64,000 nt of DNA from a virus (taxonomy: Duplodnaviria > Caudoviricetes): positions 1-64,000 of IMG/VR virus record IMGVR_UViG_3300005614_001084; one strand, written 5' to 3'. Positions 47,167 to 55,951 of this stretch are shown here, one piece after another (the first letter of the stretch is position 1; each line of letters begins with the position of its first letter). The notes below the pieces were generated by a model. The model saw only the letters and a program-made list of their open reading frames with translations. It ran no database searches and was not told the origin of the DNA. Both the position numbers and the translations under genes were made by a program.

Positions 47167-49755
47167 CTAGGGGTCGACGTCTTTGTCCCCCGGGTCGTAC
47201 GGATTGGGCTGGAACGAGACCGTTCGCCATTCCTGCACGATCTGCTGGCCTCGACCAAGCTTCGAAACCGGCACCACCTCGCGCGCCACATTCGCGCTCG
47301 TCCGAGTCAACCACGTGGCGTACGACACACCGTCGTCGTCCATGGTGAAGAAGGTCGCCACGTCTAGAGTAAGGAACAGATCAAGGGCTCGGTCGAAGCC
47401 CTGCTCCCGCATCGTACGCACCGCGTTGTCGATCGTCTGTTCACGAGGAACCAAGTAGTCGTTGCTTTCGTCCTGGTACGTGACCAAGGCGGCGAAGTAC
47501 GACGTGAGACCATTCTGAATGTCTCCGGTGTACTTCGCGCCACGGATCAGCCGACCAACGAGAGTGTCGAGCGCGGAGAACCCCGCGACGAAGGTGGAGT
47601 TGAGCCAGGTGTTTGACGCCTGCTGTAGCTCGACGTACGCCCCAGAGCGCGCGCTGCTGACCACGAAGGCCCAGCTTCCGGTTTCGTACGGGACTCCGCC
47701 GTCTGTGGTGATCTGCGACGAAGTCGCCGATACGACGTTCGTGTTGTAGATCAACGAGGTCGGGCTGGTAAGCGTGACGACGTCTCCGGCCTGCACGTTG
47801 CGAAGCAAAAAATCACCCGCACCTTGGATCTGAAGAATCGTGAGGCTTGGACGAGCCGGAGAAGCCGTTACCGCAAAGCCGAGGGCCGTAGCTCCAGCGC
47901 TTCCGACCAACGCTCCGACGCTGCTCGACGTCGTTGTACCGCGGGCGGTCAAGGTCAGGGGCCTCGTCGCCAACGTCACCACCAGCCCGCTATCTGCGAC
48001 CTGGAGGTTTCGGTCCACGGTGATCTTTGCGACATCAGCGCTCAGCACACGATAGAAGCCGCTGTTGTCGCGATTGCCTCCGCTCACCACCTGTACGCGC
48101 GTCCCAGCAGAGACAGCGCGGTAGTCGGGACCGATGTAGTAGATCAGCGTTCCGGCTGGAGGAGACGAAGCAAGTGAGAGCGTGTTGCCGCTGACCGCCG
48201 TGATCAGGTAGTCCGCGACGCCGGGTGACGTGGTGTGCAGGGCCATCCCGACCTTCACACCGAGAAGCTCGAAGTTCTTTGTAGGGCTCGTCACCGTCGA
48301 CGATCCGGTCGACGCAAGGTTCGTGTCGGCGTCGACCTTGTTCCAGATGATCGCTTCTTCGCCACCTACCGCCGTTCGCTGGCCCGTGAACGACGAAAGG
48401 ATCGTCTCCTGCACCTTGGCGGAAAGAAGCGGGGTCTGGGCAGCGATCGCCTGAATCACTTCTGCATGTGGCACTGGCTGGCCCGCAACTTCCGTACTTA
48501 CGACGTCAGTGATCGGAAACGCCCAGTCACGTCCTCCGATGCGCAACGAGGTATCGAAGAGCAGCCGAAGATGCGAGCTATCTCCTGGGTTCTTCGACTG
48601 GAAGACGAGCTGAGACGCCGCGGCGTCCCACGTCACCGCCATCGTCGCGGTGAGCGCCGCGTTCAGCGCAGCCGCCGCAGCAGTTCCGTTGGCGTACGCC
48701 GCCAGCGTAGCGGTAGTGGTGCCGCTGAAGTCGACGACGAAGGAAAGCTGATCTCCGGCGCTCGGTGCCACCCACGGAGACAGAACCTTGCTACGAAGCT
48801 CTGCCCGACTGCCCATCGTACGAGGAAGCGCGATGCTGAGCGGCGATCCGTTTGCGCTCAACGTCAGAGCAGCGCCAGGATCGTAGTTGTAGGGCCCGTT
48901 GATCGTGCCCACGATGCTGGCTTCGACGCTTGGCGAATCAACGAATGCGACCTGGTTGGAGTCGCCCGTGAGCGGCATCAGCACCAGCTCAGGATTCGTG
49001 AAGGTAGACGCCTTCGTGATGAGCGTCCGCATCGTCAGAAGATCGAGCATCGATACGCGGCTCTGACTGATGGCGTCCGACCCCTCCATCGTCGTCTTGA
49101 TGCTATTCAGCCGATCCGAGATACGACCCACGATGTCTCGGATCGACGACTCGGGAAGCTTCACCGCTTCGAGGGCGCCGAGCGCATCTGCGATGTTGGT
49201 CGCCAAGGACACGATCTGTGCATGACGAGCTACGGCTCGCGTCCAGGCTGCCGAGATGTTGGACTGGATCTCAGCTCCAGTGGGCGTGACGCTTCCGCCT
49301 ACCACCACGTTCTTCGTCAACTCCGACGTCACGAAGTTCGACACGCTGGCACGGAATCGATCTACCGACGGACCAAGACTTCCCCGAACGCCGCTCGTGC
49401 GGCTGTTCAGCCCAGCGTTGAGGTCGAGCAGGGCCGCCTGCGCGTTAGCAAGATCTGTGGTGCTGTTGACTTTCTTTGCCGGACGCGTGGAGTTCGGCGC
49501 TTGATCAACGATGGTAGTAAGATCGTTGACTTGCTGCTGGATCAGCCCGGCAAGCCTGTTCTTGGCCAGATAGATGACGTAGAAGTACGCCTCTGGCCGG
49601 AGAAGTAGCGATGTCGTGATCAGGTCATAGACGCCGGTCTTGAGCGCAAGGATGTCGCGCGCTCCGGTCTTCGTGACGGGAACGCTGACCGTGCTGAGCA
49701 GAAACTGCTCTACGGCAGCTTCCACCTCATCGGCGGTGAACGTGGTCGCCATCAC
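47167..49755 (-). CDS. Large putative tail/baseplate structural protein
   Basis: 862 aa, S/T/G/A-rich; SD AAGGAGGAG. Confidence 0.65.
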   Translation of the reverse strand: MMATTFTADEVEAAVEQFLLSTVSVPVTKTGARDILALKTGVYDLITTSLLLRPEAYFYVIYLAKNRLAGLIQQQVNDLTTIVDQAPNSTRPAKKVNSTTDLANAQAALLDLNAGLNSRTSGVRGSLGPSVDRFRASVSNFVTSELTKNVVVGGSVTPTGAEIQSNISAAWTRAVARHAQIVSLATNIADALGALEAVKLPESSIRDIVGRISDRLNSIKTTMEGSDAISQSRVSMLDLLTMRTLITKASTFTNPELVLMPLTGDSNQVAFVDSPSVEASIVGTINGPYNYDPGAALTLSANGSPLSIALPRTMGSRAELRSKVLSPWVAPSAGDQLSFVVDFSGTTTATLAAYANGTAAAAALNAALTATMAVTWDAAASQLVFQSKNPGDSSHLRLLFDTSLRIGGRDWAFPITDVVSTEVAGQPVPHAEVIQAIAAQTPLLSAKVQETILSSFTGQRTAVGGEEAIIWNKVDADTNLASTGSSTVTSPTKNFELLGVKVGMALHTTSPGVADYLITAVSGNTLSLASSPPAGTLIYYIGPDYRAVSAGTRVQVVSGGNRDNSGFYRVLSADVAKITVDRNLQVADSGLVVTLATRPLTLTARGTTTSSSVGALVGSAGATALGFAVTASPARPSLTILQIQGAGDFLLRNVQAGDVVTLTSPTSLIYNTNVVSATSSQITTDGGVPYETGSWAFVVSSARSGAYVELQQASNTWLNSTFVAGFSALDTLVGRLIRGAKYTGDIQNGLTSYFAALVTYQDESNDYLVPREQTIDNAVRTMREQGFDRALDLFLTLDVATFFTMDDDGVSYATWLTRTSANVAREVVPVSKLGRGQQIVQEWRTVSFQPNPYDPGDKDVDP

Positions 49756-50114
49756 TCCTCCTTGATGTGGTTATTCATTCGCTGGATGTCGTCACGTTCG
49801 AGACCAGCGATGAGGCTGCGCACGCGAGCGGGCTCCAGGTTCAGAACCTCGCAGATGTACCGGAAGGTGTAGAGCCCGTCAGGATCTGTCTCTTCCTGAC
49901 CATCCCAGAACAACCAGCCCGCGGCCTCTTCGGCAAGGGCCGCCTTCTCTGGATCGCTCTTCTTCGTCTCTTCCTTGTAGAGGACGAAATCCCAGATCGC
50001 GCGGCGCAAGATCGCCACCAATAGCTTCTGGGCGGGAGGAGTTCGGCTCCTCTCGCCCGAGAAGTCAGCATCTAGCGAGATGCTAGGCGACCGTGATCGA
50101 AACGACCGCTCCAT
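49752..50114 (-). CDS. Conserved-looking hypothetical protein (start uncertain)
   Basis: LLVAILRRAIWDF..AAGWLF..FRYICEVLNLE; no clean start downstream of the upstream gene's stop. Confidence 0.55.
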   Translation of the reverse strand: MERSFRSRSPSISLDADFSGERSRTPPAQKLLVAILRRAIWDFVLYKEETKKSDPEKAALAEEAAGWLFWDGQEETDPDGLYTFRYICEVLNLEPARVRSLIAGLERDDIQRMNNHIKEE

Positions 50115-51000
50115 CGATTCCGGGATCCGGGATGTAGACGATCGACGGGTCCTTGCGGGTGACCCGGAGATTCGTGCTTCCGCCAGTGAGTCCATTTAGT
50201 ACGATCGTGTTCTGTTGGATGAGTACGGTTGCGATGGTGGGATCGTCCACGGTGTAGAGTACGTCCTCCGAGGCCGTACCCACCAGCGTACGATAGTCAT
50301 TCGACTGGACCGAGGGCGTGACAGTGAGGATGCCGCCGAGCGGGACGTTGAGCGGTGGAGTCGGGCCGTAGGCGACTTTCACCACGATCGGGAACAGTAG
50401 GTGCATGATGTTGATGCTGGGACGGTCGGGAACGCTGACGATTCGCGTCACGTTCTCCTGGCTCTCGACCGTGGCCTCGTACATGCCATCTCGCCAAAGA
50501 TCGATCTCCACGTACCCATCTTGGTCGGTCTTGATGTTGCGGCGCTCCCCGAGTACTCCGATGTCGTCGACCACGAGCGGGTTGAAGCAGGGGATGAACG
50601 CCAGATCGATACCCCGGTGCGGACGACCATCGGGTCCCCAGATGTAACCGGAAGCACGACACAGGCGCGGATTCGTGGCGTCCGGCAACGTGAACAGGTG
50701 CGCGGTGATCGCGAAGTTGTTGGCGTGTGTGGGCGCGTCCGACGCCGGAGAGAACACCGTGATGTACTGCGGAGAACGGATCGACCCGCCCATCAGGTAG
50801 AAGCGGAGCTGATACGTCGTCGGCGTAGGCGTGCTGCCCGGCAGCGTGAACTGCACCTTGCCGGTGATGACGTCGCCGGTCGTACCGCTCGTGATGAGCG
50901 TCGTGCCAGTGGAGTCGTAGACGCGCACGACAACGTCGTCGACGAGCTGAGGAACGAGCTGGTCGTCCTTGACCGTGATCTCGACTGTCTCCATCGCCAT
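50083..51000 (-). CDS. Ig/transthyretin-like beta-sandwich virion protein
   Basis: KTDQDGYVEIDL; C-terminal Big-like YTVDDPTIATV; leaderless promoter. Confidence 0.6.
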   Translation of the reverse strand: MAMETVEITVKDDQLVPQLVDDVVVRVYDSTGTTLITSGTTGDVITGKVQFTLPGSTPTPTTYQLRFYLMGGSIRSPQYITVFSPASDAPTHANNFAITAHLFTLPDATNPRLCRASGYIWGPDGRPHRGIDLAFIPCFNPLVVDDIGVLGERRNIKTDQDGYVEIDLWRDGMYEATVESQENVTRIVSVPDRPSINIMHLLFPIVVKVAYGPTPPLNVPLGGILTVTPSVQSNDYRTLVGTASEDVLYTVDDPTIATVLIQQNTIVLNGLTGGSTNLRVTRKDPSIVYIPDPGIDGAVVSITVA

Positions 51001-51036
51001 GCACTGAAGCCTACACGAAAACGGACCACGAATCCT

Positions 51037-51047
51037 CTATAAGCCAG
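51037..51047 (+). promoter_or_regulatory. CTATAAGCCAG phage promoter motif
   Basis: Upstream of the isolated plus-strand gene at 51083. Confidence 0.55.
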
Positions 51048-51082
51048 AGGAGGCGAGACGCCCCAAAACGAAGGAGGATCCC

Positions 51083-51733
51083 ATGAACCAGAAAGAAGAG
51101 ATCGCACACCTGAAGGCCGAGCTGCAAGAGATGCGCCTCAAGGCCGAGTCCTACGCCATCTTCGGTGATCTGATGAAGACGATGGCGATGCTGCCGCTGA
51201 CCGAGCAGGCCTCGGTCGGAGACACGGCGATCCGCGTCCATCTCGCTCTGATGCTGCACGGTATCCCCGACAGGTCGCGCGAGGGACAGCGCATCACGGC
51301 GGGGCTGATGTCGATGCTCGGCGAAGAGCGCGAGTCGCTGATCGCCAGCTTCCTGCACACCGACCGTCTGCGGACCAAGGACAACGGCGAGTGCACCTGC
51401 CCGCTGTGCGAGCACGAGACGATGGCCCACAACCTCGCCGATCGCGGCGGGCCGCCGCGCGCCAAGGCGCACTACGGCGCGACCATCCTCGCCGGCCCGC
51501 TCCCGCCCAGCGTCGTTCCTCACGAAGAGCGCATGCGCCGCACCACGGATCTGCTCGCCACGCTCATCGAGCAGATCTCTCCTCGGCGCGCTCGTGGAGG
51601 TTCGGCGGCCCGAAGCCCGCTTCTCATGGCGATCGCGTCGCTTCTCGACGCGACCGGCACGGTCCAGGTGCTCGATCTGTCGAACGACGACCTGCTCGAT
51701 CTGTCGAACGACGACGACAACCCGCTGTTCTGA
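51083..51733 (+). CDS. Hypothetical protein with CxCxxCxH motif
   Basis: SD AAGGAGG; 216 aa. Confidence 0.7.
   Translation: MNQKEEIAHLKAELQEMRLKAESYAIFGDLMKTMAMLPLTEQASVGDTAIRVHLALMLHGIPDRSREGQRITAGLMSMLGEERESLIASFLHTDRLRTKDNGECTCPLCEHETMAHNLADRGGPPRAKAHYGATILAGPLPPSVVPHEERMRRTTDLLATLIEQISPRRARGGSAARSPLLMAIASLLDATGTVQVLDLSNDDLLDLSNDDDNPLF
51669..51715 (+). repeat. 23-bp direct repeat, 24-nt period, in frame (LDLSNDD x2)
   Basis: TGCTCGATCTGTCGAACGACGAC at 51669 and 51693. Confidence 0.85.
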
Positions 51734-51739
51734 TGATCT

Positions 51740-51767
51740 GGCCGGGGCTCCTTCGGGAGCCTCGGCC
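51740..51767. terminator. Hairpin between convergent genes (probable terminator)
   Basis: GGCCGGGGCTCC-TTCG-GGAGCCTCGGCC. Confidence 0.7.
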
Positions 51768-51779
51768 CATCATCTTTGC

Positions 51780-52007
51780 CTAGGTTGCCGCCTTCTGAAC
51801 GACGTTATCGACGAGCGTACGGCTGGTCTCGCCTCGGGCGTAGCTGGCACGAGGAGGCCGCTCGTCCTTCGCCGGCCCGGTCTTGTCGCCGCGCAGCAAC
51901 CCGAGGCTGCCCGCCAGCTCGTCGTGGTTGTCCTCGTCGAAAGCCTTGATGACCCGGTCGTAGAAGCCCTTGAACACGGTCTTGTCTGCTACGGAGATCT
52001 TCTTCAT
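51780..52007 (-). CDS. Small hypothetical protein
   Basis: SD AGGAG; 75 aa. Confidence 0.6.
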   Translation of the reverse strand: MKKISVADKTVFKGFYDRVIKAFDEDNHDELAGSLGLLRGDKTGPAKDERPPRASYARGETSRTLVDNVVQKAAT

Positions 52008-52016
52008 GGAGTGCTC

Positions 52017-52970
52017 CTACGACGTACGAACGGCGAAGTCGATGTCGGGTTGCTGGATACCATACTCGTCCTCGACGACCAGCGAAGGATCGAAGAGGTC
52101 GAACACGTCGGTGTTCGGCACCACGATCCGGCGGGTGAAGTCCGAACCATCCACGTTGAAGTCGATGGTGGTGCCCTTGATGAGCCGGATCTGAGCGTAT
52201 CCGTTACGATCGGTCTGCATGACCTGGTAGTTCCGAAACACAGCGTAGCCGTTTACCCGGTTGGGCTGGAACATCACCCCGATGCTCACGCGCTTGCCAG
52301 AGATCGCGCGACCGCTCGCATCCGCTATCTGAACGAAGGCCACTGCTGTCGACGACAGGGGCACGACTTGAGCTTGATCAGCAGTGAACGGAGTACTCAG
52401 CTCCGAGATCTGCGCTGTCGACGAGCTGAGGTACTGCGTCCGGTACCAGAAATCGGAAGAGCTGTTCTGATCGGTATAGAAGTACTGGTACGTCCCGGCC
52501 ATGAGCGTGGTGTCGAGGTCGAGCCCCACCGCTGCGGCTCCGACATCGAAGCCGAGGAACGGGGCAGCCTCTGACGACAGAATCTCGATCGAAGCCGCAC
52601 TTCCAGTCGCCACCGTCGGGATCTTCAGCGTCCCGTCGGTGTTCGGCGCAGCTACCACGAGCCCGGTGGCCAAGTTGATCGCCGCGGCTACGTTTGCTGC
52701 CGAAACCGGGTCTGATCCCGAGAAGGCGACGTCCACCTTCGTGAGACCGTTCACGCGAAAGCTCAGCGTCTTGCCGGTGACCTGAAAGGGACCCACGAGT
52801 GATCCCGACACAGCAGCAACCGTGGCAGACGGACCAGTCGCTGCTTCGTAGAGTCCATCGACCCCTGTACGCGATCGGTACCACCGAATACGGTCGAACG
52901 TGTCCAATACGCTCGTGATGTCGGGAACCACGAACGGCAGGGTCAGCGGGGTATTGGTGACGACGGGCAT
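52017..52970 (-). CDS. Putative virion structural protein
   Basis: 317 aa, beta-rich; QTDRNGYAQI similar to 50083-51000; leaderless promoter. Confidence 0.6.
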   Translation of the reverse strand: MPVVTNTPLTLPFVVPDITSVLDTFDRIRWYRSRTGVDGLYEAATGPSATVAAVSGSLVGPFQVTGKTLSFRVNGLTKVDVAFSGSDPVSAANVAAAINLATGLVVAAPNTDGTLKIPTVATGSAASIEILSSEAAPFLGFDVGAAAVGLDLDTTLMAGTYQYFYTDQNSSSDFWYRTQYLSSSTAQISELSTPFTADQAQVVPLSSTAVAFVQIADASGRAISGKRVSIGVMFQPNRVNGYAVFRNYQVMQTDRNGYAQIRLIKGTTIDFNVDGSDFTRRIVVPNTDVFDLFDPSLVVEDEYGIQQPDIDFAVRTS

Positions 52971-53056
52971 GACGAAAGTCTATCACCGGCGTCGGATACG
53001 AGGAACCTTCGCAGGATCAGGCATCGGCGTCGGAGGATTTTGGCAAAAGAAAAAGA

Positions 53057-53290
53057 TCAGGCGCCATCGCCCGTGAGAAAGCTCGTGATGTCATCGATGA
53101 CCAGGATGCGCGCCTGAGCGGTGTTGCTGCGCGCCAGACGCTCCGACCCCGTCCGACCGCGAAGCACAGACTTCAGGTACGTGATCTCGTCCTGAACCTT
53201 CTGTGTTTCGCGATCGGCCCAGTCGTCGGTCGCCTGCTGAAGCTCGTCCAGCAGTTGGTTCCGTCTCTGGGTTGCGGGATCGTCCGGCAT
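53057..53290 (-). CDS. Hypothetical protein
   Basis: SD GGAGGAG; TGATG coupling. Confidence 0.65.
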   Translation of the reverse strand: MPDDPATQRRNQLLDELQQATDDWADRETQKVQDEITYLKSVLRGRTGSERLARSNTAQARILVIDDITSFLTGDGA

Positions 53291-53505
53291 CAGCGCTCCT
53301 CCTGTCCCTTCTTGTACGCGGCCTCCAGCGCCGCCTCCAAGCGAGGCTGTAGATCTTTCAGGGCCGACATGTGACGCAGCCCGAGATGCGACTCCGTCCA
53401 GGCGTCGATGATCTTCTTCGCTTCGCTGCGGGGCGAGAAGACGTGATCACGGGCTCGAAGTGAAGTGGTGGAGATCTTATCTCCCGGTACGACGGCGTAG
53501 CGCAT
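53290..53505 (-). CDS. Hypothetical protein
   Basis: ATG 53505 coupled to the ACP stop codon. Confidence 0.55.
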   Translation of the reverse strand: MRYAVVPGDKISTTSLRARDHVFSPRSEAKKIIDAWTESHLGLRHMSALKDLQPRLEAALEAAYKKGQEER

Positions 53506-53867
53506 CAGTGCTTGTCCTCGCGCGGCATGTTGTTGTAGTTCGGGCCCGAAGACGACATGCGGCCGGTGACGACACCATGCGTCTGCACCGTGGGCTCGTC
53601 CTCCCGATGCCGACTCGGGTAGCCCTGGCGGTACTTCTTCTCGACGAAGGCGGTGGCGAGCGCGACCGTACACTCGTCGCCGAGCGTGAACACCTCCTCG
53701 TCGGAGATGTCCATTTCGAGCTGCTCCTCCATGGCGAGCACCAGCTCGACGATCATGAGGCTGTCAGCTCCGAGGTCGTCGACGATGCGCGTCTCCGGCT
53801 TGATCAGGGCCGGATCGACGTCGAGATGCTGAGAAAGGGTCTTGATGACGAGAGCGCTGATTTCCAT
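53505..53867 (-). CDS. Acyl carrier protein (ACP)-like with C-terminal extension
   Basis: IKPETRIVDDLGADSLMIVELVLAMEEQLEMDISDEE; phosphopantetheine Ser in DSL. Confidence 0.85.
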   Translation of the reverse strand: MEISALVIKTLSQHLDVDPALIKPETRIVDDLGADSLMIVELVLAMEEQLEMDISDEEVFTLGDECTVALATAFVEKKYRQGYPSRHREDEPTVQTHGVVTGRMSSSGPNYNNMPREDKH

Positions 53868-53868
53868 G

Positions 53869-54699
53869 TCACTGTCCCTTGATGACGGGGGCGAGAAGCG
53901 CCTCGACCCTCTTCTTGATGCGGTAGACGCGGTGCTCGGGGATCTTCATGTTCTTGGAGATGGCGGTGATCGACATCTGCGGTGTCCCCTCCTCGGGGTA
54001 GTGCAGGTCGGCGAACTGCCGTTCTTCCGGCTTCAGCTCACTGCGCATGAGATGGTAGGCGCCACGGATGCGCTGGATCGGGTCCTCGACCTGGACGTCG
54101 TGCTCCAGATCGGTACCCATGTCGGTGAAGGCCTCGGATCCGAATCCCTTGTACATCTTGGCGACGTACTTCGGCTTCCACGCCGGCAGCGCGCTCTGAA
54201 GCTCGGTCAGCGTAGGATCGCGCCCGTTCAGCTCCTTGAACTCGCGCTTCGCGTTCTGGAACATCTCGTACTTCTCGACGTCCTCGCGCGGCATGTACTT
54301 GGGATTGCGGTTCTGCGCGACGAAGTCGGTGATCCGCATGAAGTTGTTCACGACGTGGGTGGTGAGCTGCGTCCCCTTGGTCGGGTCGTAGCTTTCCAGC
54401 GCTGCCACGGCGGTGTTGCGGAGCGCGTTCTTCAGCGCGATCTGCGGAATCGACCCACCGAGCCCCTGCATGCGCTTGGTCGTCTCCGAGCGGATCAACG
54501 GATCCAGCGACTTCAGCAGGGGCTCCAGGTGCTCGGGCTTCTTGCCGTTGTCCTTCCAGGTTTCCCAGAGCTTCAGCTCGGCACCACGGCGCCCACGAAG
54601 CTCGGCGTGCCGGGCATGGGCGCGCTCCACCTTGGCCGGGCTGTCTGCCGCGTCCTTGATGAACTTCTCGACCGCCTCGATCTCCTTCTTGGTCGGCAT
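53869..54699 (-). CDS. Sigma-70-family sigma factor (regions 2-4)
   Basis: ALESYDPTKGTQLTTH (region 2), GRDPTLTEL (region 3), LKPEERQ..SITAISKNMKIPEHRVYRIK (region 4 HTH). Confidence 0.85.
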   Translation of the reverse strand: MPTKKEIEAVEKFIKDAADSPAKVERAHARHAELRGRRGAELKLWETWKDNGKKPEHLEPLLKSLDPLIRSETTKRMQGLGGSIPQIALKNALRNTAVAALESYDPTKGTQLTTHVVNNFMRITDFVAQNRNPKYMPREDVEKYEMFQNAKREFKELNGRDPTLTELQSALPAWKPKYVAKMYKGFGSEAFTDMGTDLEHDVQVEDPIQRIRGAYHLMRSELKPEERQFADLHYPEEGTPQMSITAISKNMKIPEHRVYRIKKRVEALLAPVIKGQ

Positions 54700-54998
54700 C
54701 AGCGCTTCTTCCCCTTCTTGGGCTTGGCCAGATCTTCGCCGTTCTGATGACCCAGCTCCTGGCTCACGTACCGCGACGCCTCCATGAGACGCGACAGGGC
54801 TTCGTCGAGACGTGCCAGCGCCGGGCCGGTCCCGGTGGGCATGTTCTTGGTCGCAGGCTCCCCCGTAGGATCGAGCGCGTAGATCGCGTCCTTGATGAGG
54901 TCGAGAGCGCCCCGTCCCCCGAACGGAGATCCGTCTCGAAGATGCTTGAGGGCGTGAGTGCGAAGTGTCTGTCGTGCTTCTTTTGCGGTGATCGGCAT
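54699..54998 (-). CDS. Hypothetical protein
   Basis: SD AAGGAGG; first gene of the sigma/ACP operon. Confidence 0.7.
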   Translation of the reverse strand: MPITAKEARQTLRTHALKHLRDGSPFGGRGALDLIKDAIYALDPTGEPATKNMPTGTGPALARLDEALSRLMEASRYVSQELGHQNGEDLAKPKKGKKR

Positions 54999-55012
54999 GT
55001 AGCCTCCTTCAC

Positions 55013-55022
55013 CCGCTGATAG
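55013..55022 (-). promoter_or_regulatory. CTATCAGCGG phage promoter motif driving the sigma-factor operon
   Basis: Minus-strand copy of the motif, about 24 nt before ATG 54998. Confidence 0.65.
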
Positions 55023-55025
55023 GTG

Positions 55026-55661
55026 CTACGTGCGCATGTTCTTCGTCATGGCGTTGCGGATGCTGAGACGCGGGTTCGTCACTCCGGCGGTCGTCGATCC
55101 CGGTGCCTTCAAGAAGTTCGCCGTGGCCTGGCCGCTGAAGCTGCCGACGTGGCTGGCTCCCATCGAGACCTGTCCGGGCTTCGGAACCGCGAAGGCGACC
55201 TTGCCGCCCGTACGTTCGTCGATGAAGTCGCGCACCTTGCGCTTCGCCTTGCCCAGCTCGACTCCCTCTCGAACCGCTTGGATCACGCCGCCACCGAGAA
55301 CGCCCCGGGTCACGTTCTTCGCCAGCTCCGGAGTCGTCAGCACGGCCTTCGCGGCGTGCGCCGCCGCTCGCAACTTGCCCTGTCCTGCATGCGCGGCGAA
55401 GCCCTTGGCGGCCTCTCCCGCAGCATTCACCAGCGGATAGGTCATGCCACCGATCGCACCGCCCTCGGCGTAACGACGGGTCCGGCCCTTCTGCGACAGC
55501 AGCTTGGCGGCATCCAGCGCCTCGTCCTCCTCGACCGCCTTTTTCGTGCGAGCCTCGAACCCTTCGCGGACCTTTCCGATCAGCTCGTGGATGCCGATGG
55601 ACGGACTTCCGCTACGGGTCTTCGAGAGGCCGTGAGCCAGCGTCTTGGGGGAAGGCAGCAT
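55026..55661 (-). CDS. Basic Gly/Ala-rich putative virion protein
   Basis: TACACT 6 nt upstream of ATG; KxA motif (GGKVAF). Confidence 0.6.
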   Translation of the reverse strand: MLPSPKTLAHGLSKTRSGSPSIGIHELIGKVREGFEARTKKAVEEDEALDAAKLLSQKGRTRRYAEGGAIGGMTYPLVNAAGEAAKGFAAHAGQGKLRAAAHAAKAVLTTPELAKNVTRGVLGGGVIQAVREGVELGKAKRKVRDFIDERTGGKVAFAVPKPGQVSMGASHVGSFSGQATANFLKAPGSTTAGVTNPRLSIRNAMTKNMRT

Positions 55662-55699
55662 CCGCGCAGTGTACTGCGCCGCTGGCCCGAGCGTCCAGG

Positions 55700-55951
55700 T
55701 CAGCCCTTCTCGGGCTCCGGATCTGTGTTGTCGAGAAGGGTGTCGATGATGCCCTGCGCATCATCACGCGTCCTCACCGCCTTCTGTGCGATGAGGAGCT
55801 GCTGCGACGAGATGCGCGCGGCCCTACGCACCTCTCCCCGAATGCGCAACCAGGCATCCTTGATCGCCTTGTTCTTCTCGTCGTCTAGGCCGACCTCCTT
55901 CAAGAAGTCTTCGACCACAACGAGATCGTTGGCCCGCCCTGTCTGGGTCAT
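55700..55951 (-). CDS. Hypothetical protein
   Basis: ATGA overlap; 83 aa. Confidence 0.65.
   Translation of the reverse strand: MTQTGRANDLVVVEDFLKEVGLDDEKNKAIKDAWLRIRGEVRRAARISSQQLLIAQKAVRTRDDAQGIIDTLLDNTDPEPEKG

Noticed and set aside
51669-51715. CRISPR or att-like repeat
   Set aside because: Only two adjacent in-frame copies with a 1-nt spacer; a simple coding duplication
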